Source: Botryllus schlosseri
Lineage: Eukaryota
Length of the DNA stretch: 64,000 bases
Direction: 5' to 3'
Assembly (NCBI GenBank): GCA_051294905.1
Contig: CM119379.1
Location: 18,290,001-18,354,000, forward strand
The translations under genes and the position numbers were made by a program. The notes under the pieces were generated by a model. The model did no database searches. It had not been told where the DNA came from and saw only the letters and a list, made by a program, of their open reading frames with translations. Below, piece after piece: positions 1 to 12,360 of the stretch (positions are counted from its first letter, which is position 1; each line of letters starts with the position of its first letter).

Positions 1-95
1 TCCCAACACTGGTCTGGACTCAAATTATGCGCAGCTATCAGCTCTGAGCCATGCCTGGAGGTATTTGGTGCGCATCTATCAGCTGCGTCCGGAGG
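1..95 (-). repeat. Degenerate reverse-complement copies of the 41-bp minisatellite unit (probable left arm of an inverted-repeat element that runs off the window)
   Basis: gcgcagctatcagctc at ~29-45 and gcgcatctatcagc at ~70-83 are reverse complements of the gagctgatagctgcgc core of the array at 1555-3060. Confidence 0.6.
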
Positions 96-813
96 TATAC
101 CCTAAATTTCGTCATCAGCACAACACCGATGGGCGAAAGCCAAGTTTGTGGTTCGAAATATTATGAAAAATTTACGACTGCTCCAAAGCCGAAATACCGA
201 AACATGACGACGATAATGAATATTGGCCTTGTGTAAAATGACCAAGGTTGTCGAATGAAACGAAATCAATATCAATACCAACAACGGCGTCAATAAGCTA
301 TATAACATTACTCAGGGGTAGTTTCCGAAGATTCTTCAGAAAGGTAGGCCTATATATAAGGCCCTTACGCAGCATTGGTTATTCGATGTGCTTTCATGAA
401 ACAGTGCGGAGTGGTTTCGCGATGTGTTTAACACAAGGCGACGAAGTTTTATACCGTACCAAGCTTAGCGAAGGATCTGCCACGGCTCGGATTTCGTGCT
501 AACACGTCGACGTAACATAGAGCTGAAGGGTCGGAGTTTCTCATTTACCTGTTTAAACGGTTTTTGCCATGTTTATTATGTTGACTTCCTGCGTATTCGA
601 AAAATTAAACATTTGCAACGCAGATGATACGGGTGTACGTTCTATTGTTAATCCCATTGTGTTTAATTCAACTCTCATTCAATGTATTAAAAGCATAAAA
701 AAACAAATGAAACGAAACATGAGTGCTACGAACAATGTGCAAAATTAAACAATAACGAATGGACTTAAAAACGAATGCAATTGAGTAATTCAATTGTTAT
801 AAAGATTGGCGTT

Positions 814-1110
814 TCACTGAAATATCGTCAGTTTTGTCTTGCGTTTTCGGCCGACATGTCCTGGTTTCTTTCCCGCATTTTTCTCAGGGACTGTTACCAG
901 CAATTTTCCATCGGATGATATCTGGCTTTTGTAATGACGCATGATACGCTCTGATAGGAATCTATCGAAGATCAATCTCCTGTCTTGTTCAGGTTTATCA
1001 TTCCATTCATGCAGGTCCATTTCATACTTTGAAAATCCCCCCTTAAGGCGATACAATCCAGTTTTATAAAGTAATCGTTGAAGGTCAATGAACATGAACA
1101 TGCTTGTCAC
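814..1110 (-). pseudogene. C-terminal remnant of a transposon-type protein (possibly MULE-like transposase tail)
   Basis: ORF ...DLQRLLYKTGLYRL...HEWNDKPEQDRRLIFDRFL...SSDGKLLVTVPEKNAGKKPGHVGRKRKT. It ends in a basic tail and resembles C-termini I recall from invertebrate transposase-like proteins (not verified by search). It lies between inverted minisatellite arms. Confidence 0.35.
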
Positions 1111-1554
1111 TGAGCTATATTCTATTCATGACATACCAATCAAAGTAATACACCCTTCTTCTGGTGCACCAGTATCGAAATATTGTCTTTGGAGTGTGCA
1201 TTATATTAATTAGATACGTATAAGGCCCGTGTAGTGAATAATAGGCCTCCATACCTGCAGTCGCACACGTCCGATATCAGATCAGTGAATATCTATGATA
1301 GGCAGAGCCGTTAGTAGGGAAAGCCTATACGCTACATCCACGGAATCGCACAGGTGTTAGTCAATATTATAACAAATATGTATTTACAGCTGCATAATTA
1401 TTCGTAAGCAGAGCTTTTAATACAAAGTAACGATTTTTTTTTTGATCCCGTGTGGATGTCAGAATATCTGTTCACCGCCCGTACACTGAAAATCACGAAG
1501 ATAGTCCTTGCATGCCGTGTAATGAATGAATCTGAATCCGGAAGTGCTCCGGAG

Positions 1555-3060
1555 CTGATAGCTGCGCTTTATTTCAATTCAGACGAACTCCGGAGCTGAT
1601 AGCTGCGCACTATTTCAACTCAGACTTGCTCCAGATCTGATAGCTGCGCACTATTTCAACCAGGACGTGCTCCAGAACTGATAGCTGCGCACTATTTCAA
1701 CCCGGACGTGCTACGGAGCTGATAGCTGCGCACCATTTCAACTAGGACGTGCTCCAGATCTGATAGCTGCGCACTATTTCAACTCAGACTTGCTCCAGAT
1801 CTGATAGCTGCGCACTATTTCATCTCAGACTTGCTCCAGATCTGATAGCTGCGCACTATTTCAACTCAGACTTGCTCCAGATCTGATAGCTGCGCACTAT
1901 TTCAACCCGGACGTGCTACGGAGCTGATAGCTGCGCACCATTTCAACTAGGACGTGCTCCAGATCTGATAGCTGCGCACTATTTCAACTCAGACTTGCTC
2001 CAGATCTGATAGCTGCGCACTATTTCATCTCAGACTTGCTCCAGATCTGATAGCTGCGCACTATTTCAACTCAGACTTGCTCCAGATCTGATAGCTGCGC
2101 ACTATTTCAACCAGGACGTGCTCCAGAACTGATAGCTGCGCACTATTTCAACCCAGACGTGCTCCGGAGCTGATAGCTGCGCACTATTTCAACTCAGACT
2201 TGCTCCAGATCTGATAGCTGCGCACTATTTCAACCAGGACGTGCTCCAGAACTGATAGCTGCGCACTATTTCAACCCAGACGTGCTCCGGAGCTGATAGC
2301 TGCGCACTATTTCAACCCAGACAAGCTCCAGCGCTGATAGCTGCGCCCTAAACGATACGTGACCTTTAAATTACCTGTATGTCTGCGGTTTTTCGTGATA
2401 GATGTGATAGCTGAGTATATCCACAGTAGTGATAGCTGCGCACTATTTCAACTCGGACGTACTCCGGAGCTGATAGCTGCGCACTATTTCCACTCAGACT
2501 TGCTCCGGATGTGATAGCTGCGCACTATTTCAACCTGGACGTGCTCCGGATCTGATAGCTGCGCACTATTTCAACCCAGACGAGCTCCAGCGCTGATAGC
2601 TGCGCCCTAAACGATACATGACCTTTAAATGACCTGTATGTCTGCGATTTTTGGTGATAGATGTGATAGCTGTGATAGCTGAGTATATCCACAGTAGCGA
2701 TAGTGATAGCTGCGCACTATTTCAACCCGGACGTACTCCGGGGCTGATAGCTGCGCACTATTTCAACCAGGAAGTGCTCCGAATCTGATAGCTGCGCACT
2801 ATTTCCACTCAGAGTTGCTTCGGATCTGATAGCTGCGCACTATTTCAACTCAGACGTGCTCCGGATATGATAGCTGCGCACTATTTCATTCCAGACAAGC
2901 TCCAGCGCTGATAGCTGCGCCCTAGACGATACGTGACCTTTAAATGACCTCTATGTCTGCGATTTTTGGTGATAGCTGCGATAGCTGTGATAGCTGAGTA
3001 TATCCACAAGTGATAGCTGCGATAGCTGCGGGAGCTGTGATAGCTGAGTATATCCACGGG
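1555..3060 (+). repeat. 41-bp minisatellite array (~31 units) in three blocks separated by a ~95-110-bp spacer
   Basis: Core ctgatagctgcgcactatttc recurs every 41 bp (1555, 1596, 1637 ... 2334; 20 units). The spacer ccctaaacgatacgtgacctttaaat...gagtatatccaca follows at ~2346, ~2605 and ~2920. Confidence 0.95.
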
Positions 3061-3509
3061 GCCGGGCAATCCGCTAATTTTACGTCATATCAATTCGGTA
3101 TTCCTTATGATCGAACCGGTTAAATTTGAATGATATATATAACGGTATGGCGCACGACCGGGTAAGCCGGTACATTATACGGCGGTGATTATATGCCGTT
3201 AACCAAAATCCGTGCCTAACGCTGCCGTATCCGTGGCGGTAGCGCGGACTTCAAGTTGATACACGTGCGTAACTAGGAAATCCAAAATACAATCCATTAG
3301 GTCTTCTTGTATACTCTCCAAACCTTAATAGACGAACGTTTTGTTAATAAACTATTTCATATTCATGTAATAACCCAAAGGATCGGTCATGGTTCAATGA
3401 TGTGACACGCAAGAAATCACATACCACCGGTGCCCGGCGGGAGTCGGGAAACCGGAGAGCCAAACTATGGGGGGAATCCCCGTCGTTTGATTTGCAGATT
3501 CTCATTCTC

Positions 3510-4301
3510 ACCACTGTGATTCTGCCAGAAAATGCTTACGTCATACTTCCGAAATTGCTGCGTCATTGTTGTCGCAATGATTCACTTGTGCTAAAATCAA
3601 ATATTATAACCGGAAAAACAATTTCGCGACAGATTTGGAGTGCAAACGAGCTGAAACACACGAGTTTTATCATTAAATGGCGCAAACGGTATGATCAATA
3701 CAATATGTAATCGAAACTTGAAGGAGTGCTTCATTTTACAACCGCCAGGTAGTACTTATGGCATCTAAATTTTCAGCCGTTACGTAATATACGCAGGCGG
3801 AGCTATCTCGATTCTCGCCTGTAGCCGAAGCATCAGAGGTTAATTTGTGTTCCTTCCCCCATGTGTGACTATTTCTTGCGGCGGCGAGAGGCCCGGAAAA
3901 AGACTCCACAAATGATTATACGTGATATCGAGGAGAAAAAAAGTAAAAATAATAATATTTAACGAAGACATCCTATCCAACACTGTCATAGGCTATATCG
4001 GCCAATTGGCTCAAGTCGTTTTTGATTAAAATACCATAATACAGGTAAATGCAACATCTTCCTGCCGGTCACCTGCATCGCATTGCACACTATGTGTCTT
4101 GAGCACATCAGAAAATAAATGCTTACGATTATTGCGATTCACGTCATGTTCGTGTTTAGTATAAGTCGACAGTAATACAGTATTTTATGAATTATTCAAT
4201 AAACAGTTAAAACAAAAAAGCAACGGCATTTCTTCTGCTTCGAACATTTTATATATTCGGAAAACTATTTCATCGTGGTTTTACGACGCCTACTTTTTTA
4301 A
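3510..4301 (+). repeat. Left outer (unique) inverted arm
   Basis: Reverse complement of ~12360-12910, apart from two segments present only on the left. Confidence 0.9.
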
Positions 4302-6000
4302 GATCAAAATGCATGATATTGCGTCAAATACGACTTTTCGTCAACTTTGATTTTCGGTCAGTTTCAATCAACAATTAGGACACCCAAAATGTAACGGCGT
4401 GCTCTCTGCTTTGGATATGTTATATATTTGGATAAGTGTTACATCATGATATTAACGATAATATCAAAAAGTTGAGAAATTGTGTACTTTTTGAGGATCA
4501 AAATGCATGATTTTGCGTCAAATGCGACTTTGCGTCCAATTCGATTTCCGGACAGTTTCAATCGATAATTAGGACACCCAAAATGTAACGGCGTGCCCTC
4601 TTCTTCGGATATGTTATATATCTGGATAAGTATTACATCATGATATTAACGATAATATCAAAAAGTTGAGAAATTGCGTACTTTTTGAGGATCGAAATGC
4701 ATGATTTTACGTCAAATACGACATCTCGTCCAATTCGATTTTCGGTCAGTTTCAATCGACAATTAGGACACCCAAAATATAACGGCGTGCCCTCTTCCTT
4801 GGATATGTTATATATATGGATAGGTATTACATCATGATATCAACGATAATATCAAAAAGTTGAGAAATTGTGTACTTTTTGAGGATCAAAATGCATAATT
4901 TTGCGTCAAATGCGACTTTGCGTCCAATTCGATTTTCGGACAGTTTCAATCGATAATTAGGACACCCAAAATGTAACGGCGTGCCCGCTGCTTCGGATAT
5001 GTTATATATCTGGATAGGTATTACATCATGATATTAACGATAATATCAAAAACTTGGGAAATTGTGTACTTTTTGAGGATCAAAATGCATGATTTTGCGT
5101 CAAATGCGACTTTGCGTCCAATTCGATTTTCGGACAGTTTCAATCGATAATTAGGACACCCAAAATGTAACGGCGTGCCCGCTGCTTCGGATATGTTATA
5201 TATCTGGATAGTTATTACATCATGATATTAACGATAATATCAAAAAGTTGAGAAATTGCGTACTTTTTGAGGATCAAAATGCATGATTTTGCGTCAAATA
5301 CGACATCTCGTTCAGTTCGATTTTCGGTCAGTTTCAATCGACAATTAGGACACTCAAAATATAACGGCGTGCCCTCTTCTTTGGATATGTTATATATCTG
5401 GATAGGTATTACATCATGATATTAACGATAATATCAAAAAGTTGAGAAATTGCGTACTTTTTGAGGATCAAAATGCATGATTTTGCGTCAAATATGACTT
5501 TTCGTCCAATTGGATTTTTGATCAGTTTCAATCAACAATTACGACACCCAAAATGTAACGGCGTGCTCTCTGCTTTGGATATGTTATAAATTTGGATAAG
5601 TATTACATTATGGTATTAACGATAATATCAAAAAGTTGAGAAATTGTGTACTTTTTGAGGATCAAAATGCATGATTTTGCGTCAAATGCGACTTTGCGTC
5701 CAATTCGATTTTCGGACAGTTTCAATCGATAATTAGGACACCCAAAATGTAACGGCGTGCCCGCTGCTTCGGATATGTTATATATCTGGATAAGTATTAC
5801 ATCATGATGTTAACGATAATATCAAAAAGTTGAGAAATTGCGTACTTTTTGAGGATCAAAATGCATGATTTTGCGTCAAATATGACTTTTCGTCAAATTC
5901 GATTTTTGATCAGTTTCAATCGACAATTAGGACACTCAAAGTATAGCGGCGTGCCCTCTGCTTTGGATATGTTATGTATTCGAACTAAAAGTTAGTCATG
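4302..6000 (+). repeat. 194-bp tandem array, ~9 units (left arm)
   Basis: gatcaaaatgc recurs at 4302, 4496, 4690, 4884, 5078, 5272, 5466, 5660 and 5854 (period 194). Confidence 0.97.
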
Positions 6001-6347
6001 ATATCAATGATCAGACAATACACACTGCGCCACTCGCATCCCCAATTTCCAAGTATGAAGTTGCCTGTAGACCATAGTTGTGTAAAATATGACTTCACGT
6101 AGAATTCGATTCCTGGTCAATTACTGTTTTACCATGCTGTCCTGTCCTGCTTTGTCATCTTCGTCCCTAATTTTTCTCAGCAACTCCCCTCGAATCAATG
6201 AGTTTCAGACGAATTAATATGCAGATTGAAAATGTGATTTCGAAACGTGCATTTTGTAAAGAACACTCGATGTAGATATAGGATTCTAGACAGGGACGTT
6301 TTGGAGAAAAAACGAATTATTTGAATTCATGCAGCATATCATTCCAA

Positions 6348-9300
6348 TTAATCCAATGAAAACCCAAAGTCTTTTGATATTGAATTGTAGTCCTGATTTT
6401 TCAGTGCCATTGCGAAAAATATCATTCCTTCAAAATGCAGCACTTCGTTTACATATTCTGGGAAATTTCGTTTTTTGTCTTTAAAACTATTAAGCAAAGC
6501 GTTCCCAAACACCTCAGGATTCGGATAAACGACTAAACTGTCTTTTGAGCTGTATAGGGACAATTTCCCGCTCATGTGCTTGAAATATTTAACGGTTCTA
6601 GTTCTAAGGCAAAATTTCGATTTAATGAATTTCAATAAATATTCCAGATGCGTTTCCGTAGTTTCGCTTTCGGCATATTTCAGAGTCGAATTGAATTTTT
6701 TCAGGGATTTTAGTTGTCCTTTCACGAACAGAGAAAGTCGATACCATTCTGCTTTCGTATTTCCATTTTTCATTGACGAGGTGGTAAGTTTTTTCAAATT
6801 GTTTAACATAGAATTCAACTGCATGATAGATGTTCCTGTCCATGTCATATTGTTGAGATTGTTTCCATACCGTGGAACATACGGCACATCTTTCTTTTTC
6901 TCCACAATTGTGCATGTGCCCAAATTAGGCGGCATGCGGCGACGAGGAATTTGCTTTGATCTTGCGTCCTTGATCGTCTCACCAGTTTTTACGTACATCA
7001 GGATTGTAGCATTTTGTTGCGTGTCAAATATTAGCCGATCAGTATTTACCACACGTAATGCGTCGTCGTCAAATACTGTGCAGAATCCATCATGATTGCC
7101 GGTATATGCGAGATAGTGCACCGATGCACACGACGTACCATGATGGATTACTTTCCCTTATAGTGTATAATGGGATTTCAATCCTTCTACTTCGATATCC
7201 ATTGAATCGGGTATCTGGACTGAGGTGATGTTTTTACCCTCTGGAGTTCCGCGACTGACATTTATCACCAGCATGTTGGGAAGGGTTCCGAATACGACAT
7301 GTTCGTCTACATCAGCGTGGCATTGTAGGGATCTGCTGTTAGTATTAACACATTGACGAGGAAAATTTGTGATCAGGTCAGAAATATCACTGTTTTCTTC
7401 AAATGTATGTAAAACAACGGATAGCCGATGTTCTATGAATTTCGAGGGAAATTGCAACGCTTGCAATTGACTTTGCGAATCAATCGAAATTTGGAAGTAA
7501 CCCCCATCTGCTCCATCGCATCGCTCAAGTCCGTATCGAGAATTCTGGTGATGAACTCTCCGGCATCTTGCTGCGTGCCACAATCCCATCCAAACTTTGA
7601 ACATATATCTGATACCAATTTTTCAATGTCAGATACGATGCACTGTTTGCGGCTATCTAAAGTCAATTGCATAATTAATTGCATGAAATCAGAGGTTATG
7701 GATGCGTACCGATATGGCCTTTCAGACATAATGCCAAGCATTGGGTGGTAGCATTGAACCAACAAGAATTCCCAATATTAGGCATACCTTTGGTGCAGGT
7801 CTTAGGGCAAAACGTATTGACAGCGATGTGTCTAATATCGCGGTGAACAGAATGTGACTGACTGACGACTTGAAAACATATCCATATCGGTACATGGTCA
7901 AAACTTTGCTGACATCGGTACCTTCAGAAGGTTGGTCGAGTCCGAAACAAACCCGATCCGCGACAACGCAAACGCAAACGCCGCAGCTCTCAAGATCTGG
8001 CTGCTTAATCGGACATTTTCGTGAAAACGAAACGACCTCGCACTTGGTTAATTTTTGCAGCTCGGGCATTAAATATTCGTTAATAGCCCGGTTAAGACCT
8101 TCGTTCACGTGGTCAATGGAGTCGTATAATGTAATAGTATTGTCATATGAATCAAATACAATCAGCTAGAAATGCCTTTCCCAAACTAATGGATAAAGTC
8201 GCGTCATGATAGCACATGACTTAACATCTGAAGCAGCATTCACTGTAGATAAGCTGGAGCTACGATTTGGAGATCTGAATCCTTTTCCCTGAAGAATCTC
8301 TCTGGTGTTGTCTGGATCAATGCATTCAAAAGCCTTCGACTCATTTTGCTGCGTGGCCAAGGACGCCGATCTTTTAATATAGCAGTATACAACATCCGAC
8401 GTCAGCCAGCCAAGAGGGTGGGATTTCTCAATTTCGTGAAAACTTACGATCGATTCACACATTGAAAGCGGTATGAGAGATTTCAAATCGACCCACAGCA
8501 GAAATGAATCACGTAAATATTGCACAGCAGTGTCAAACATTTGCTCGATTCGATCAAAGTTAGACATATTTTTCCAGATTGCCGTTACCATACCATCACA
8601 TTTTTGGAAGTCCAAAGTAGACCAAGGGTACGGTACTTTTGTTATTTGTGGCAAATCCAATGTAAATGGTACCAAATTGCGTTCTGAAGAGATCGGAGGG
8701 GATGATGGGGCTTGATCCGTCAGATCTATCGTTTCCGAGCAATTCAAGGCAACAGTTTTTGTTGTACGCTGATTGGCGTATTTGATTGTGCTCTTGATGA
8801 TGTTAATCCGATCGCTCGAATAGCATCCTTTACCGCGTGACTTCTTTCGTTTAAACTTTGATTGTACTGTTTTCGAAGTCTTTGATACGGACTGATCACT
8901 TAATTTGTATAAGAATGTTGCCAAATATCCATTTCGATAAAGTGCGTCGAAGAATTTTTTTTCTTGAATCTAAATTGAACGTTTATATTTGACAACGAAA
9001 CTATCCAAACGGTTTGCTCTTTCTTTCCTCGGTATAACATTTTTTAGGAAATCAAAGCTTTGCTCGACGCATCCCTGAGTTCTATTGTCAATTGTGATAT
9101 TGCGGTACCTGGACTTGGCTATCCGTCGGTAATTGTTCGAAAATCCGTTGTACATTTCGGTTTGATTAGCCGTTGAGAAATTGTTACAATGCCGGCTCAG
9201 ATCTCCAATCATTAATTCGGAAGTCGTTGGGATTTTACTTAAAACAAATTTTACAACGATGTCGCAAAAATTGCCATCGTTGTGTACATTCAACTGGCGT

Positions 9301-9556
9301 GACGATCCAGCAAGTTCTGATGAATGGGCTATGTAGTCCTGCGATTCCCGGAATGCTGCCGTCATAGTCCCATACCTGTGACGAAATGGTGATCGGAGCT
9401 CATGATACTCATCTTGCTTTTAAGATTCAATCAAAATAGTCTCGCTAGAGTCTGAGTGTGCGAAGTCTCTCGGGAACGAATCTATTCCATCTACATTGCT
9501 TCCATCTTCTTTCATTATATGGTCGAAATGATCATCAACAAAAGTTGACGAATACC
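6348..9556 (-). pseudogene. Disrupted polyprotein: transposase-like tail + Ulp1/SENP (C48) protease + USP (C19) deubiquitinase + C-terminal domain of unknown function
   Basis: One frame runs from ~9555 to ~7880 through stops at 9420, 8970 and 8166. It includes RTQGCVEQSFDFLKN, GWLTSDVVYCYI, RHF*LIVFDSYDNTITLYDS and KQPDLESCG. After frameshifts come GMPNIGNSCWFN, QQDAGEF, LPNMLVINVSR, YTL*GKVIHHGTSCASVHYLAY, FDD and ATILMYVK. Confidence 0.85.
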
Positions 9557-9667
9557 TGTAAAATATGAATATATATTCGAAGATACCATCACTGAATGAC
9601 ACATCATTTTACGCACCATATATGTAGGAATATGGGAGCACATATATGTGGAGGCTTGTGTAACTCA

Positions 9668-12360
9668 TCGTTAATATCATGATGTAATACCTATCCAGAT
9701 ATATAACATATCCAAAGAAGAGGGCACGCCGTTATATTTTGGGTGTCCTAATTGTCGATTGAAACTGACCGAAAATCGAATTGGACGAGATGTCGTATTT
9801 GACGCAAAATCATGCATTTCGATCCTCAAAAAGTACGCAATTTCTCAACTTTTTGATATTATCGTTGATATCATGATGTAATACTTATCCAAATATATAA
9901 CATATCCAAAGCAGAGAGCACGCCGTTACATTTTGGGTGTCCTAATTGTTGATTGAAACTGACCGAAAATCGAATTGGACGAAAAGTCATATTTGACGCA
10001 AAATCATGCATTTTGATCCTCAAAAAGTACGCAATATCTAAACTTTTTGATATTATCCTTAATATCATGATGTAATAGGTATCCAGATATATAACACATC
10101 CAAAGCAGAGGGCACGCCGTTACATTTTGGGTGTCCTAATTGTCGATTGAAACTGACCGAAAATCGAACTGGACGAGATGTCGTATTTAACGCAAAATCA
10201 TGTATTTCGATCCTCAAAAAGTACGCAATTTCTCAACTTTTTGATATTATCGTTAATATCATGATGTAATACTTATCCAGATATATAACATATCCAAGGA
10301 AGAGGGCACGCCGTTACATTTTGGGTGTCCTAATTGTCGATTGAAACTGATCAAAAATCGAATTGGATGAAAAGTCATATTTGACGCAAAATCATGCATT
10401 TCGATCCTCAAAAAGTACGCAATTTCTCAACTTTTTGATATTATCGTTGATATCATGATGTAATACTTATCCAAATATATAACATATCCAAAGCAGAGAG
10501 CACGCCGTTACATTTTGGGTGTCCTAATTGTTGATTGAAACTGACCGAAAATCGAATTGGACGAAAAGTCATATTTGACGCAAAATCATGCATTTTGATC
10601 CTCAAAAAGTACGCAATATCTAAACTTTTTGATATTATCGTTGATATCATGATGTAATACTTATCCAAATATATAACATATCCAAAGCAGAGAGCACGCC
10701 GTTACATTTTGGGTGTCCTAATTGTTGATTGAAACTGACCGAAAATCGAATTGGACGAAAAGTCATATTTGACGCAAAATCATGCATTTTGATCCTCAAA
10801 AAGTACGCAATATCTAAACTTTTTGATATTATCCTTAATATCATGATGTAATAGGTATCCAGATATATAACACATCCAAAGCAGAGGGCACGCCGTTACA
10901 TTTTGGGTGTCCTAATTGTCGATTGAAACTGACCGAAAATCGAACTGGACGAGATGTCGTATTTAACGCAAAATCATGTATTTCGATCCTCAAAAAGTAC
11001 GCAATTTCTCAACTTTTTGATATTATCGTTAATATCATGATGTAATACTTATCCAGATATATAACATATCCGAAGCAGAGGGCACGCCGTTACATTTTGG
11101 GTGTCCTAATTGTCGATTGAAACTGATCAAAAATCGAATTGGATGAAAAGTCATATTTCACGCAAAATCATGCATTTCGATCCTCAAAAAGTACGCAATT
11201 TCTCAACTTTTTGATATTATCGTTGATATCATGATGTAATACTTATCCAAATATATAACATATCCAAAGCAGAGAGCACGCCGTTACATTTTGGGTGTCC
11301 TAATTGTTGATTGAAACTGACCGAAAATCGAATTGGACGAAAAGTCATATTTGACGCAAAATCATGCATTTTGATCCTCAAAAAGTACGCAATATCTAAA
11401 CTTTTTGATATTATCCTTAATATCATGATGTAATAGGTATCCAGATATATAACACATCCAAAGCAGAGGGCACGCCGTTACATTTTGGGTGTCCTAATTG
11501 TCGATTGAAACTGACCGAAAATCGAACTGGACGAGATGTCGTATTTAACGCAAAATCATGTATTTCGATCCTCAAAAAGTACGCAATTTCTCAACTTTTT
11601 GATATTATCGTTAATATCATGATGTAATACTTATCCAGATATATAACATATCCAAGGAAGAGGGCACGCCGTTATATTTTGGGTGTCCTAATTGTCGATT
11701 GAAACTGACCGAAAATCGAATTGGACGAGATGTCGTATCTGACGCAAAATCATGCATTTCGATCCTCAAAAAGTACGCAATTTCTCAACTTTTTGATATT
11801 ATCGTTAATATCATGATGTAATACTTATCCAGATATATAACATATCCGAAGCAGAGGGCACGCCGTTACATTTTGGGTGTCCTAATATTCGATTGAAACT
11901 GACCGAAAATCGAATTGGACGAAATGTCGTATTTGACGCAAAATCGTGCGTTTTGATCTTAAAAAAAGGACGCAATTTCTCAACTTTTTGATATTATCCC
12001 TAATATCATGATGTAATAGGTATCCAGATATATAACATATCCAAAGCAGAGGGCACGCCGTTACATTTTGGGTGTCCTAATTGTCGATTGAAACTGATCA
12101 AAAATCGAATTGGACGAAAAGTCATATTTCACGCAAAATCATGCATTTCGATCCTCAAAAAGTACGCAATTTCTCAACTTTTTGATATTATCCCTAATAT
12201 CATGCTGTAATAGGTATCCAGATATATAACATATCCAAAGAAGAGGGCACGCGGTTACATTTTAGCTGTCCTAATTGTCGATTGAAACTGTCCGAAAATC
12301 GAATTGGACGAATAGTCGTATTTGAAGCAAAATCGTGCGTTTTGATCTTAAAAAAGTAGG
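9668..12360 (-). repeat. 194-bp tandem array, ~14 units (right arm, inverted relative to the left array)
   Basis: Units start at 9673, 9867, 10061, 10255, 10449, 10643, 10837, 11031, 11225, 11419, 11613, 11807, 12002 and 12196, and are the reverse complement of the left array unit. Confidence 0.97.

Noticed and set aside
1555-3060. CRISPR-like look (constant ~21-bp repeat with variable ~20-bp intervals)
   Set aside because: The intervals are variants of one sequence and recur, there are no cas genes, and the context is eukaryotic. This is a minisatellite.
6574-7095. 173-aa plus-strand ORF
   Set aside because: Antisense shadow of the USP/C-terminal ORF on the minus strand.
9871-11426. Four near-identical 65-71-aa ORFs (MILRIISKSLD...)
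   Set aside because: They are by-products of one variant of the 194-bp unit; other units have stops in the same frame.
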